A stretch of 64,000 nt of DNA, taken from positions 342,187 through 406,186 of the forward strand of contig CBDFJA010000004.1 of the NCBI GenBank assembly GCA_965248365.1, given 5' to 3'. The notes under the pieces are model-generated. The model did no database searches. It was not told the DNA's origin and saw only the letters and a program-made list of their open reading frames with translations. Positions 9,561 to 18,935 of the stretch are shown here, piece after piece. The translations under genes and the position numbers were made by a program. Source of the stretch: Bryobacterales bacterium (GTDB taxonomy: Bacteria; Acidobacteriota; Terriglobia; Bryobacterales; UBA6623). Each line of letters opens with the position of its first letter. Position 1 is the first letter of the stretch.

Positions 9561-10928
9561 ATGAAATCGCGTCGCGTCTTATTGCTGGCCATGAGTGGTG
9601 TGCGGGTGAAAAGCGACGAGCTACGGCGGCTTGGCATGACCTTGCCCGGCTTTATCGAACGAGGGCAAGTCATTGCGTCCCTACCGACTCTTTCTTTGCT
9701 GACGCTGGCCGCTCACACGCCGGAGAACTGGGAGGCGGAGTACCGGGAGATCGACGAGCTCACCGATGGCGCTGCCGCTCAGATTGCCGCCGCCGGCTAC
9801 GACATCGTCGCCATCTCGGCCCTAACGGCGCGCATTCTCGACGCTTACGAAATCGCCGATCAGCTTCGAGAAGCCGGTGTTACGGTTGTGCTGGGAGGCC
9901 TCCACGTCACGGCGCTTCCCGAGGAGGCCCTGGCCCACGCGGACGCCATCGTCGCGGGCGAAGCCGAGCTGCTCTGGCCGGAGCTGCTCTCGGACTTCGA
10001 AACCGGCACTCTACGTCCCCGGTATTCATCCATGGAGAGCCGGCGGCGCTTTGACCTCGCGCAGGCTCGGGTCCCCCGCTACGACATGCTCGACGTCGGC
10101 CGGTACAACCGGCTCACACTCCAGACGAGCCGGGGTTGCCCGTTGGACTGCGAGTTCTGCGGCGCGTCGCGACTCATTTCGCCCTACAAGATCAAGCCCC
10201 TCGCTCAGGTACGGCGCGAGCTGGAAGCGATTCTCAACATCTGGCCCAAGCCCTTTATCGAATTGGCGGACGACAATACTTTCGTCTCCAAGAAGTGGTC
10301 TCGCGAGTTGGCGCAGCTGTTCTCCCAGTACCGAATCCGGTGGTTTACCGAAACCGATCTCTCGGTGGCTGACGATGATGAGCTTCTCGAGTTGCTGGCC
10401 CTTTCCGGTTGTGCGCAGGTTCTGGTCGGACTCGAGTCGGTGGACCCCGCCGCCCTCGGCCCTATCGACAGCCGGCGCTGGAAGCAGAGCCGGCTCGCCG
10501 GCTACGCCGCTAAGATCCGTAAGATCCAGTCTTACGGGATTACCGTCAACGGCTGCTTCATCTTTGGATTCGACCAGGACGATTTGAGCGTGTTCGACAG
10601 GACGAGGGAGTTTGTTCAGGCCAGCGGGCTGTCGGAAGTCCAAATCACCATCCTCACTCCGTTCCCCGGCACGGGGCTATACAACAGACTCCAATCCGAG
10701 GGACGGTTACTGAAGCCGATCTTCTGGGACTCCTGCACGCTCTTCGATGTGACCTATCGCCCGAAGCGGATGAGCGCCGACGAGCTCGAGGACGGCTTTC
10801 GCGGCCTGATGCGCGATCTCTACTCCCCGGCGCAGTCCGCCAGGCGCAAGGAGATTCGAAAGGAATGCTACGGGCGGCGGCGCGACGGCATGACGGCGGA
10901 CCGCCTGTCAGGAGACGAACATGTCTAG
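9561..10928 (+). CDS. B12-binding domain radical SAM protein
   Basis: Cobalamin-binding region 'VVLGGLHVTALPEE' followed by CxxxCxxC 'RGCPLDCEFC', 'ADDN', 'VGLES'. Confidence 0.92.
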   Translation: MKSRRVLLLAMSGVRVKSDELRRLGMTLPGFIERGQVIASLPTLSLLTLAAHTPENWEAEYREIDELTDGAAAQIAAAGYDIVAISALTARILDAYEIADQLREAGVTVVLGGLHVTALPEEALAHADAIVAGEAELLWPELLSDFETGTLRPRYSSMESRRRFDLAQARVPRYDMLDVGRYNRLTLQTSRGCPLDCEFCGASRLISPYKIKPLAQVRRELEAILNIWPKPFIELADDNTFVSKKWSRELAQLFSQYRIRWFTETDLSVADDDELLELLALSGCAQVLVGLESVDPAALGPIDSRRWKQSRLAGYAAKIRKIQSYGITVNGCFIFGFDQDDLSVFDRTREFVQASGLSEVQITILTPFPGTGLYNRLQSEGRLLKPIFWDSCTLFDVTYRPKRMSADELEDGFRGLMRDLYSPAQSARRKEIRKECYGRRRDGMTADRLSGDEHV

Positions 10929-11403
10929 CACTCCGACAACAATTGACGGCGTTGTCCACGCCCCTGGCCGTTCACAGGCACGGGGTCACTCGATGGGCGG
11001 TCTCAACCGCATCATCGCGTGGACGGGCATGGCCTGCGGGGCGGCCCTCGGCCTCATCATGGGTCTGTGGTCTTTTGACGGCCCCGTCGCTCCGCCGAAC
11101 TTCATCGGCGATTACACGGACACGGCGCGGCGGTTGCTGCGGCTAGGGCACATCGCTTGTTTCGGAATCGGCATACTGAACCTTTTGTTGGTGCGGGAGC
11201 TGTTTAACTCCGGGGATTCGCCCCGGGCCGCGCGCCATGCCGCGCAAGCCATGAATTTCGGCAATATCTTCCTGCCCCTCGTGCTCGTGATCGCCGCCGT
11301 CTACGCGCCGGCCAAATACCTGCTGCCTTTCCCGGCTCTTAGTGTTTTCGCCGCTCTTTGCCTGGCAGCGTATGTTGTGGGCGCCGGGAGGCAAAGGCGC
11401 TAG
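10921..11403 (+). CDS. Hypothetical 4-TM membrane protein
   Basis: Four hydrophobic segments, 'RRLLRLGHIACFG' with intramembrane His; start overlaps the rSAM stop. Confidence 0.7.
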   Translation: MSSTPTTIDGVVHAPGRSQARGHSMGGLNRIIAWTGMACGAALGLIMGLWSFDGPVAPPNFIGDYTDTARRLLRLGHIACFGIGILNLLLVRELFNSGDSPRAARHAAQAMNFGNIFLPLVLVIAAVYAPAKYLLPFPALSVFAALCLAAYVVGAGRQRR

Positions 11404-11417
11404 TAAACGATAAGCAG

Positions 11418-12680
11418 ATGCTGAGAATCTCATCCAAGGAATATCGAAGGCGCCTCGAATCGCTTCAGACCAGCGTCGCGGAAGCCGGCCTGGACGTGTT
11501 CATCGTCTCGGCCCTGGACAGCCTCTACTATCTGACAGGCGCCGGATTCGAGCCGCTGGAGCGCCCGTTCTTTCTGCTGATCCGTCCCCGCCAGGCTCCC
11601 ATCCTGTTAGTGCCAAAGCTCGAACAGGAACACATGAAGAAAGCCTGTAAGGTCACGGAGCAGGACATTCGCACCTACTGGGAATATCCGGCTCCGGCGG
11701 GTCGCGGGTGGCCGGACGCCCTCCATCACTTGATCGGGCAGGCCAAACAGATTGGGGTGGAGCCCACACTCCCGCAAGAAATCGCGGAAGCGATGAGGGG
11801 CTACACGATTCGTGTCGCGCCGCTGGTCGAACGGCTGCGGCTGATCAAGTCCCGCACCGAGATCGCGCTGATCCGTCGCGCGGCTCGCTACGCTGATCTT
11901 GGAGTTCACCGTCTCCTGGCAGCTTCGTACCGGGGGGCCAGCGTCGCTGAGGGTTTTGTCCAAACGCGCCTCGTCACTTTACAAATCATCCGCGAGGTCG
12001 ATGATTGGGATCCGGTGACAACGAAAGTGGTGATGGCCACCTGGCCAGCCCCCCGCAGCGCGATGCCACACTCGATTCCTGACCTCAACGACCGCCTCCG
12101 CGAGGGGCCGCACGTGGCGTTAGTGCTCAGCCGCGTCAACGGCTACGCCGCGGACAGCGAGCGAACGTATTTCACCGCACGGCCGTCAGCCGACGTGCGC
12201 GAAGCGTTTGCGGCCATGACGGAGGCCCGCCGTATCGCGCTGGGGATGATCAGACCCGGTGTGCCGTGTAGCGAAGTAGATGCGGCTGTGAACGACTATT
12301 TGCGAAAGGAAGGGTACAGCGGCGAAGACCGACGCTTACACCGCACCGGCCATGGGATCGGTCTCGGCAACCATGAAGCTCCTTGGATAGCCGAAGGCAG
12401 CGAGGACCGGTTGGCCGAAAACATGGTGATCAGCGTTGAGCCGGGGATCTACTTGCCCGGTGTCGGCGGCGTGCGACATTCCGATACCGTCCTGGTGACC
12501 AAGAACGGGCATGAGACGCTCACCCGCTTTCCACAAGAGCTAAGCTCGTTGGTTATCAGCGGCTGGAAACCGTTCACGCGCCTCAAAGGGATGGTTGTGC
12601 GGTGGAAGCTGGGGTTGACTGCGAAGTGCACCATACCCTCTGTGACCGCCGGATCGGCGGTTAGCGAGACGATGTCATGA
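11418..12680 (+). CDS. M24-family hydrolase with non-canonical metal site (creatinase-like)
   Basis: Creatinase-N 'LYYLTG', 'GYAADSERT', 'TGHGIGLGNHEAP', 'SVEPG', 'GVRHSD'; first Asp and last Glu ligands appear absent. Confidence 0.85.
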   Translation: MLRISSKEYRRRLESLQTSVAEAGLDVFIVSALDSLYYLTGAGFEPLERPFFLLIRPRQAPILLVPKLEQEHMKKACKVTEQDIRTYWEYPAPAGRGWPDALHHLIGQAKQIGVEPTLPQEIAEAMRGYTIRVAPLVERLRLIKSRTEIALIRRAARYADLGVHRLLAASYRGASVAEGFVQTRLVTLQIIREVDDWDPVTTKVVMATWPAPRSAMPHSIPDLNDRLREGPHVALVLSRVNGYAADSERTYFTARPSADVREAFAAMTEARRIALGMIRPGVPCSEVDAAVNDYLRKEGYSGEDRRLHRTGHGIGLGNHEAPWIAEGSEDRLAENMVISVEPGIYLPGVGGVRHSDTVLVTKNGHETLTRFPQELSSLVISGWKPFTRLKGMVVRWKLGLTAKCTIPSVTAGSAVSETMS

Positions 12681-13576
12681 ACACGAATCCCCGGGCGGAG
12701 CCTATGGCGACAAAATCAGCCAAACCCGCTGGCCCGCTGACCGCGCGGAGCCGGCGTCGGCGTCTGATCATCCCTTTGGGCTTTAGTCTTCCGATCTTTG
12801 TCGGCATCCTGCTGACGCCGCCTATAGCCCAAGACCTCACTTACCACGACTTCGTCGATCAGCGGTCCATCTTGGGCATCCCGCACATGTGGAACGTGAT
12901 GTCGAATTTGCCGTTCGCGGTGATCGGCGCATGGGGCTGCTGGTGGTTGCTCCGTCAAAAGGATCTCTCGAAAATCTTTGCCGAGCGCTGGGAACTCGCG
13001 GCCTACCTCGTCTTCCTCGTCGGAGAGTTCCTCACCTGTTTCGGCTCGGCCTACTACCACGCGGACCCGAATAACCACACCCTCGTCTGGGACCGCCTGG
13101 TCTTCAGCCTTCTGCTGACGTCGTTTTTCACGATCGTCGTCACGGAGTTTGTCAGCAAACGGGCCGGGAAAATCATGCTCGCGCCTGTGGTTCTGCTGGG
13201 CCTCTATAGCGTTTTGCACTGGTATGGGAGCGAGCTGGCCGGCGCGGGGGACCTGCGCGTATACATCGCGGTTCAGTTCTACCCGGTGATCGCAATTCCC
13301 CTCATCATTTGGATGTTCCCTTCGCGTTACGGGCAGAGCCGCCCGTTCCTGCTGCTGTGGGCACTGTTTGGGCTGGCCAAAATCTGTGAGCTGCTGGACG
13401 CCCCGATCTACGAGCTCAGCGGTTTCTGGAGCGGCCATACGTTCAAGCACCTGATCGCCGCGGCGGCCACCTACTGCGTCCTTTACACCCTTCGCCGGCG
13501 CAACGCGACGTTGTCGCTGGCGCGGGCCAACCCGGTTGTGGGCTCGCTGGCGGAGCCGTCAGGAGAGGTTCGATGA
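12677..13576 (+). CDS. Alkaline-ceramidase-like intramembrane hydrolase (CREST superfamily)
   Basis: About 7 TM, 'YHDFVDQR', 'NVMSNLPF', SxxxH 'GSAYYH', 'WDRL', HxxxH 'GHTFKHL'. Confidence 0.8.
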   Translation: MNTNPRAEPMATKSAKPAGPLTARSRRRRLIIPLGFSLPIFVGILLTPPIAQDLTYHDFVDQRSILGIPHMWNVMSNLPFAVIGAWGCWWLLRQKDLSKIFAERWELAAYLVFLVGEFLTCFGSAYYHADPNNHTLVWDRLVFSLLLTSFFTIVVTEFVSKRAGKIMLAPVVLLGLYSVLHWYGSELAGAGDLRVYIAVQFYPVIAIPLIIWMFPSRYGQSRPFLLLWALFGLAKICELLDAPIYELSGFWSGHTFKHLIAAAATYCVLYTLRRRNATLSLARANPVVGSLAEPSGEVR

Positions 13577-14093
13577 GAAGTGCTGCCGGAATTTTGGCGT
13601 CGATGCTTACTCTGTTTGCGTTCATCGCGGGAGTCCTAATGCTTTCCCTGTCATCTTGTACGACCGACCAAGAAAGCCCGGAGAACGACATGGACGCCAC
13701 GTACTTCTTACCCGACTACTTCACCGCTCGCTCCCGCTTTCGCGAGGGATCCAAAGCAGCGGGCGGAAGGCTCACATCGATGCAACTGGATGCCAAGGGT
13801 CCGGCGGGAGAAGATCTGACCATCGACATCGCTTGGTGCGGGGCCGAACAGCCGCGCGAGGTTCTTCTTCATTCATCCGGTCTCCACGGGGTCGAGGCCT
13901 TTGCCGGCTCGGCCATTCAGTTACAACTCTTAGATCAAGGCCCTCCGGTGATGCCCAAAGACGCCGCGCTCGTCCTGGTGCATGTCACCAATCCCTATGG
14001 AATGGCTTGGCTCAGGAGGTTCAATGAAAACAATGTCGATTTGAACCGTAATTTCGCCGAGCGAGAGGAGGACTACAAGGGGTCTCCCCCGAT
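13573..14093 (+). pseudogene. DUF2817 / M14-family metallo-deacylase, 3'-truncated by IS4
   Basis: Lipobox-like 'SLSSC', HxxE 'SGLHGVE', 'NPYG', 'NVDLNRNF'; frame runs into the IS terminal repeat at 14094. Confidence 0.85.
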
Positions 14094-15422
14094 CACTGCT
14101 GTCCGGCTAAAAGTCGAATAGAATCAATTGGTTGGGGTCATAGGGGGATTCGTTTGGGGAGTCGGATGGCTGGAGTGCCTGTAAAAGGGGCATTTTTTCG
14201 AATTGCGTAACGCTGAGAATCTGTAGAATCTGGTAAAGACTCGCTTCCAGCCCGAGCCGTTTCCGGACGATGGCGATGAGCACGTAAATCGAGACAGCGA
14301 TCCAGATATGCGTCTTGACGGCGTTCTCGCTGGTGCCGTAAAACGAGTTGATTCGCAGATGTTGCTTGATCCACTTGAAGAACAACTCAATCTGCCAACG
14401 CGACTTGTAGATGTGGGCGATGGTCAGCGCCGGGAGCGCGAAGTTGTTGGTCAGAAACTTCAGCCGCTTGTTCGTCCGGGCGTCGAAGTAACTGACCCTC
14501 CGCAACGGGTCGGGATAGGCTTGGGCCGATTCGATGGCAGCCAGTATGACGGTCTGATCCGAGCGCAAGCCCGTGGATTTGTCGACGGGATGCGAGTAGC
14601 GCCGTTGGAGCAAGATGTTCTTCTTGGTTCGCACGACGAAGAACGACGAGCAGAGAGTGAACACGAAGAGGCGTTCGAAATCGACGTAGGCCCGATCCAT
14701 GACGTAGAACGCGCCGGCCTCCGGGCCGATCTCGTCGAGGATGTTGATGTCGTGCACTTTGCCTCCAGTAATGCGGATGAACGTGGGAATATTGCCGTGC
14801 AGATCCAGCAGCGTGTGCATCTTCACGGCGGCCTTTTGCTTGCGGAATCTCGCCCACGGAAACAGCGACAGGCAGAGGTCGATTGTTGTCGAGTCGAGAG
14901 CGTACAGAGTCTGGTCCAAGTCCACACCGATCGGGTCGTGGGCATATAACGGCCGTGCCATGCCAATCAAGACCTGCGCGAAGTCCGCGTAGATCCGCCA
15001 GTCGCGCGACTCGTTCGCATCGGCCAGTGTCGAGCGCGCTACCCTGCCGCGGAATCCCATGTGGTAGAGTTTGCCGTGCATCGAACGCAGGCACGTCTCG
15101 ATGTCGCGGAGGCTTGCCCGATAGGTCAGCTGGGCGAATGCCATCGCAAGAAACTGATCCCAGCAGGAGAAACTTTTCAGATAGGAATCGCCGCGGTAGC
15201 GCGATACACATTTCTGAAACTCTTTGCTCGGTAGGTGCTCGATCAGTTGGGAGAAAACCGTACGGCCAAGGTTCATCCCTCATTGTGCCGCGTCCGGATG
15301 CTCCGTTCAGGCGACCATTTGCGGCCTCGGGATTTCAAATCGTTCCCGGGCAAAACAGGCCATAAGACATTGAGCGGTCGAGACTTACCGTCCGATGGCG
15401 CAACTTTCCCCGGACAGCACTG
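14094..15422 (-). mobile_element. IS4-family insertion sequence, copy 1 (1329 bp)
   Basis: 13-bp IRs CAGTGCTGTCCGG / CACTGCTGTCCGG; no target duplication (TCCCCCGAT vs ATTAAAACT). Confidence 0.96.
14107..15276 (-). CDS. IS4 transposase (DUF4372 + DDE)
   Basis: 'ALDSTTIDL', 'VMDRAY', 'YKSRWQIELFFKWIKQHL'. Confidence 0.95.
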   Translation of the reverse strand: MNLGRTVFSQLIEHLPSKEFQKCVSRYRGDSYLKSFSCWDQFLAMAFAQLTYRASLRDIETCLRSMHGKLYHMGFRGRVARSTLADANESRDWRIYADFAQVLIGMARPLYAHDPIGVDLDQTLYALDSTTIDLCLSLFPWARFRKQKAAVKMHTLLDLHGNIPTFIRITGGKVHDINILDEIGPEAGAFYVMDRAYVDFERLFVFTLCSSFFVVRTKKNILLQRRYSHPVDKSTGLRSDQTVILAAIESAQAYPDPLRRVSYFDARTNKRLKFLTNNFALPALTIAHIYKSRWQIELFFKWIKQHLRINSFYGTSENAVKTHIWIAVSIYVLIAIVRKRLGLEASLYQILQILSVTQFEKMPLLQALQPSDSPNESPYDPNQLILFDF

Positions 15423-15487
15423 ATTAAAACTCTATACACGCGGGAATAGAGAACTTATGGTAGAAATCTATACATCTACATACATTT

Positions 15488-15683
15488 CTACACCACCTCT
15501 GGGTCTGGGTCAGGCTCCGTGGAGGACTCCCGTTGGAAAGTTTCGGCATCCAGACCTATCCCACACCAGAAGATGCCCTCCTTTTCGCGTTTGCACTCGA
15601 ACCCTTTGTCCTGCAGCCTGTCCTTGAAGGCTTTTCGAGTGAGAATGTCCTCCTCGTTTGCCGCACACCAGGACTTGTAGGGG
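15488..15683 (-). pseudogene. C-terminal winged-helix fragment of a phage/plasmid P4/D5-type primase, fused in frame to the pfkA fragment
   Basis: 'YKSWCAANEEDILTRKAFKDRLQDKGFECKR...WCGIGL' matches the typical tail of these primases. Confidence 0.6.
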
Positions 15684-16018
15684 CCGGGATCTACCTCCTT
15701 ACACCCGCCCAGTCTTTTCTTGACGTGCTGGGGCAAACGGTCTACCTTCAGCCGCGAAGGTTTGGTCCGAGAGGTATGGAGAAACGTGCCCCCGGTGCGG
15801 TCGATCGTACGGGTGTTGGCACGGGTCAGGTCCACGAAATATTCCTCATCGAAGCCGTCGTCAAGATTGGGGTATGTCAAACCGGCCCAGCCGCGGCGAA
15901 TGCCGACGACTCGGTAACCCGGCTTCGACGTGGCCCCGTAGACGACCGACTTGATGACGGAGTTCAAGCCGGGAACGTCGCCGCCGCCGGTCAGGATTGC
16001 AATGGTTTTGTCGGCCAT
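15684..16018 (-). pseudogene. pfkA: 6-phosphofructokinase N-terminal fragment (about 112 aa)
   Basis: 'IAILTGGGDVPGLNSVI', 'VVGIRRGWAGL', 'RTGGTFLHTSRT'; GGDD motif and remainder missing. Confidence 0.85.
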
Positions 16019-16024
16019 CTCGCT

Positions 16025-16552
16025 TCACCCCTTTGTCGGGCCGGCCGGCAGAAAGATCGCCCGGGAAGGGTTGAGTTCTCCGGCCAGATGATTCGTATAG
16101 AGCACGATGAGTGACTCCGGATAACGCCCGCGGAACTCCTCAAACACTTTCGCCTGCCATCCGTCTTCCAACTCTTTCGCGGCCGAGGAATTCTTGTCGA
16201 AAAACCCGCTGCCGTCATGCTGAATTTCGAGAAAGTCGAGCACTTCGACGACAAAGGGAAGGTTCGACACCAGGATACCCTGTGCCAACTCGTGCGCCAA
16301 ATCTTGTTCTCCTTGCATCAGCCGATCCCAGAGTCTGGGAACCGCACGGCGCAGCCGCTCCCGATTCAGCTTGCTGAGATGAGCGCGGACTTTGAACGAT
16401 TCATAAACATCATAGGTGCGCAATCGGCCCATCGAGACGCCCTCGACGAGCTCCTGAAAACTAGAACGGCCCAGCGCTTGAAAAACTTCAGTCAGATCCA
16501 TGGTTTTCATGATCCTACCAAACCCCAGTCGGCCGTCTTTGGGCTGCCCCAA
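16025..16552 (-). CDS. Hypothetical protein upstream of pfkA
   Basis: Clean 175-aa ORF with host-like codon use, 6 bp upstream of the pfkA start. Confidence 0.7.
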   Translation of the reverse strand: MGQPKDGRLGFGRIMKTMDLTEVFQALGRSSFQELVEGVSMGRLRTYDVYESFKVRAHLSKLNRERLRRAVPRLWDRLMQGEQDLAHELAQGILVSNLPFVVEVLDFLEIQHDGSGFFDKNSSAAKELEDGWQAKVFEEFRGRYPESLIVLYTNHLAGELNPSRAIFLPAGPTKG

Positions 16553-16695
16553 CCGAACGGCGAGACGTCAATCGGCTGCGAGCGCCATGGGGGCCGGCGC
16601 ACCAACGAGACATGTCGCCGGGAATGGCGACGCGGCAGGCAAGAATACGTGCGCCGCATCGCCCACGATCGGAAAGTCTTACCTGCAACAACGGG

Positions 16696-17643
16696 CTAGG
16701 TGTGGAGGCTCAACAGGTTGTTCCGGGGAGGAGGGAGTCGGCTGATAGGGGGATGATAGCCGAGGCTGGCGTGGGGGCGATGCCAATGGTAGTCGTGGAG
16801 CCAGGGGAGCAGATGGTTGGCGCGCTGGAGGGAGGAGCAGTAGGAGCGGGCATAGGCCCATTCGCGGAGGGCGGTTTGGATGAAGCGCTCGGCCTTGCCG
16901 TTGGTGCGAGGGGTGTAGGGGCGGGTGAAGCGGTGGCGGATGCCGAGGCGGCGGCAAGTACGACGGAAGTGGCGGGAGCGGTACCAGGAGCCATTGTCGG
17001 TGAGCAGGCGTCGGATGCGGATGCCAAGCGAGCCATAGTAGGCGTGGGCGAGGAGAAGGAACTGGGCAGCGGAAAGGCTGCGCTCATCGGGCAGGATCTG
17101 GGAGAAGGCGATGCGGGAATGGTCGTCGACGGCGACGTGGACGAACTCCCAGCCGGCGGCGCGGGAGCGTCGGGTCTTATCGCCGGTAACGCGGTGACCG
17201 GCGTGCTGGAAGCGGCCGAGCTTTTTGATGTCGAGATGCAGTAGATCGCCGGGACGGTGATGTTCGTAGCGGCGAACGGGGGGAGCGGGTTCGAGATCGC
17301 GGAGACGGTTGAGTCCGGCGCGACCGAGGAGGCGGCTGACGGTGGCCGGGGATAGCCGCAGGGTTTGGGCGATGCGGCGGCCCGTCCAACGTTGTCGGCG
17401 CAGGGCGAGGACGCGGTCAACGACGGCTTGCGGGGTGCGGCGCGGGCTATGCCGGGGACGCGAAGAGCGATCGTAGAGACCGGCTTCGCCTTCGCCGCGG
17501 TAGCGGGCCAGCCAACGGCGGGCGGTGCGTTCTGAGACGTCTCGGGCCGCCGCGGCGGCCCGAGGCGTCTCTCCAGCGAGGATGCATCGAACCAAAAGGG
17601 CTCGGCCTTTGGGCGTCAATCGGGCATTCTGATGGATGTTCAT
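16696..17643 (-). CDS. IS481 transposase
   Basis: 'MNIHQNARLTPKGR', 'LHLDIKKLG', 'LLTDNG', 'PRTNGKAERFIQT'; stop codon supplied by the target CTAG. Confidence 0.95.
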   Translation of the reverse strand: MNIHQNARLTPKGRALLVRCILAGETPRAAAAARDVSERTARRWLARYRGEGEAGLYDRSSRPRHSPRRTPQAVVDRVLALRRQRWTGRRIAQTLRLSPATVSRLLGRAGLNRLRDLEPAPPVRRYEHHRPGDLLHLDIKKLGRFQHAGHRVTGDKTRRSRAAGWEFVHVAVDDHSRIAFSQILPDERSLSAAQFLLLAHAYYGSLGIRIRRLLTDNGSWYRSRHFRRTCRRLGIRHRFTRPYTPRTNGKAERFIQTALREWAYARSYCSSLQRANHLLPWLHDYHWHRPHASLGYHPPISRLPPPRNNLLSLHT

Positions 17644-17726
17644 GCGGTCTCTCCAGGGTCGTGGTTATTCGACAATTCCAGCTTCCCTGGTCCGGGACCG
17701 AATGAACAACCTGTTGAAAGATCACA
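16701..17726 (-). mobile_element. IS481-family insertion sequence
   Basis: TGT...ACA ends, 23-bp imperfect IR (TGTGGAGGCTCAACAGGTTGTTC / TGTGATCTTTCAACAGGTTGTTC), NCTAGN flanks GCTAGG and GCTAGC. Confidence 0.93.
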
Positions 17727-17918
17727 GCTAGCGCTGGCTCATGGGGTAAAACAGTCGTCATCCAGGCCCGCGACAAAATCCAAGAGCAGCGATTGCCATG
17801 GAAGGACCGGACAGGGTGCTACACTAGGCGATTCTGAATCGGCCAGGGTTTTGGGGAGCGGCTAGGCGGCGCCGGTCCTCGATGAACCCGGAGAAACAGG
17901 ACGGCAAGGAGACAGGCA

Positions 17919-18935
17919 ATGCGAAGATCAAGGTCGGGGCGATGGACGGGCGGAGGCGCGCTGCTGGCGCTTCTGGTAGCATGTACGGGTTCGTTCGATT
18001 CGACTCGGGGCGGGGCCCAGGCGGCTCCGAAGGTGACTGCGGAGATGGTCGAGGGCTGGATGAGCGAGCTGTCGAACTGGGGCCGCTGGGGCGAGGAAGA
18101 CGAGTTAGGCGCCCTGAACTTGATCACTCCGGCCAAGCGCAAACAAGCCGCGGCGCTGGTTGAGAGCGGTATTTCGGTCTCGCTGGCCCACGACGTCTTG
18201 AAGGAAGAGGCCGCCGACAACGACTCTCCCTTTGAACACGTGATGAATTACACCGGATTGCGACCTATCGGAGTGTTCAGCGTTGATACTTTCAAGGTCT
18301 TCTATCACGGCTACGCGCACACGCACATGGATGCGCTTTGCCACATGTTCCACAAGGGAAAGATGTACAACGGATATTCGCAAGAGGAAGTGGTCGACGA
18401 GGGCGCCCGCAAGCTCGGAGTCAATAACATCAAGAGCGGGATTTTTTCGCGCGGCATTCTCATGGACATTCCGCGCCTCAAGGGTGTCCCCTACCTTGAA
18501 GCCGGCACCCCGATCTATCCGGCCGACCTCGACGCCTGGGAAAAGAAGGCCGGCCTGAAGGTCTCCAGCGGCGACGTGGTCTTCATCCGCACCGGCCGTT
18601 GGCCGGCGAGAGACGAGAAGGGGCCGTGGGACGCCGACAAGAAAGCGGCCGGGCTCGATGCCACCTGCGCCAGATGGATCAAGGACCATGATATCGCCAT
18701 GATGGGTAGCGACGCGGCACTCGATGTGCTGCCCTCGGGCGTAGAAGGCAACTCGCACCCCATCCACCAGTTGGTTCTGATTGCCATGGGGATCCCGATC
18801 TTCGACAATTGTGATCTTGAGGCCGTGGCCGAAGAGGCCGCCAAGCAAAACCGCTGGGAGTTTCTGCTGACGGCCGCGCCGCTCGCCGTGCCGGGAGCAA
18901 CCGGCTCGCCGCTCAATCCGATCGCGACGTTTTAG
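17919..18935 (+). CDS. Cyclase-family (kynurenine formamidase-like) metal-dependent hydrolase, probable lipoprotein
   Basis: Lipobox 'LLVAC', 'NWGRWGEEDELGALN', 'HGYAHTHMDALCH', 'IFDNCDLE', 'GSPLNPIATF'. Confidence 0.88.
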   Translation: MRRSRSGRWTGGGALLALLVACTGSFDSTRGGAQAAPKVTAEMVEGWMSELSNWGRWGEEDELGALNLITPAKRKQAAALVESGISVSLAHDVLKEEAADNDSPFEHVMNYTGLRPIGVFSVDTFKVFYHGYAHTHMDALCHMFHKGKMYNGYSQEEVVDEGARKLGVNNIKSGIFSRGILMDIPRLKGVPYLEAGTPIYPADLDAWEKKAGLKVSSGDVVFIRTGRWPARDEKGPWDADKKAAGLDATCARWIKDHDIAMMGSDAALDVLPSGVEGNSHPIHQLVLIAMGIPIFDNCDLEAVAEEAAKQNRWEFLLTAAPLAVPGATGSPLNPIATF

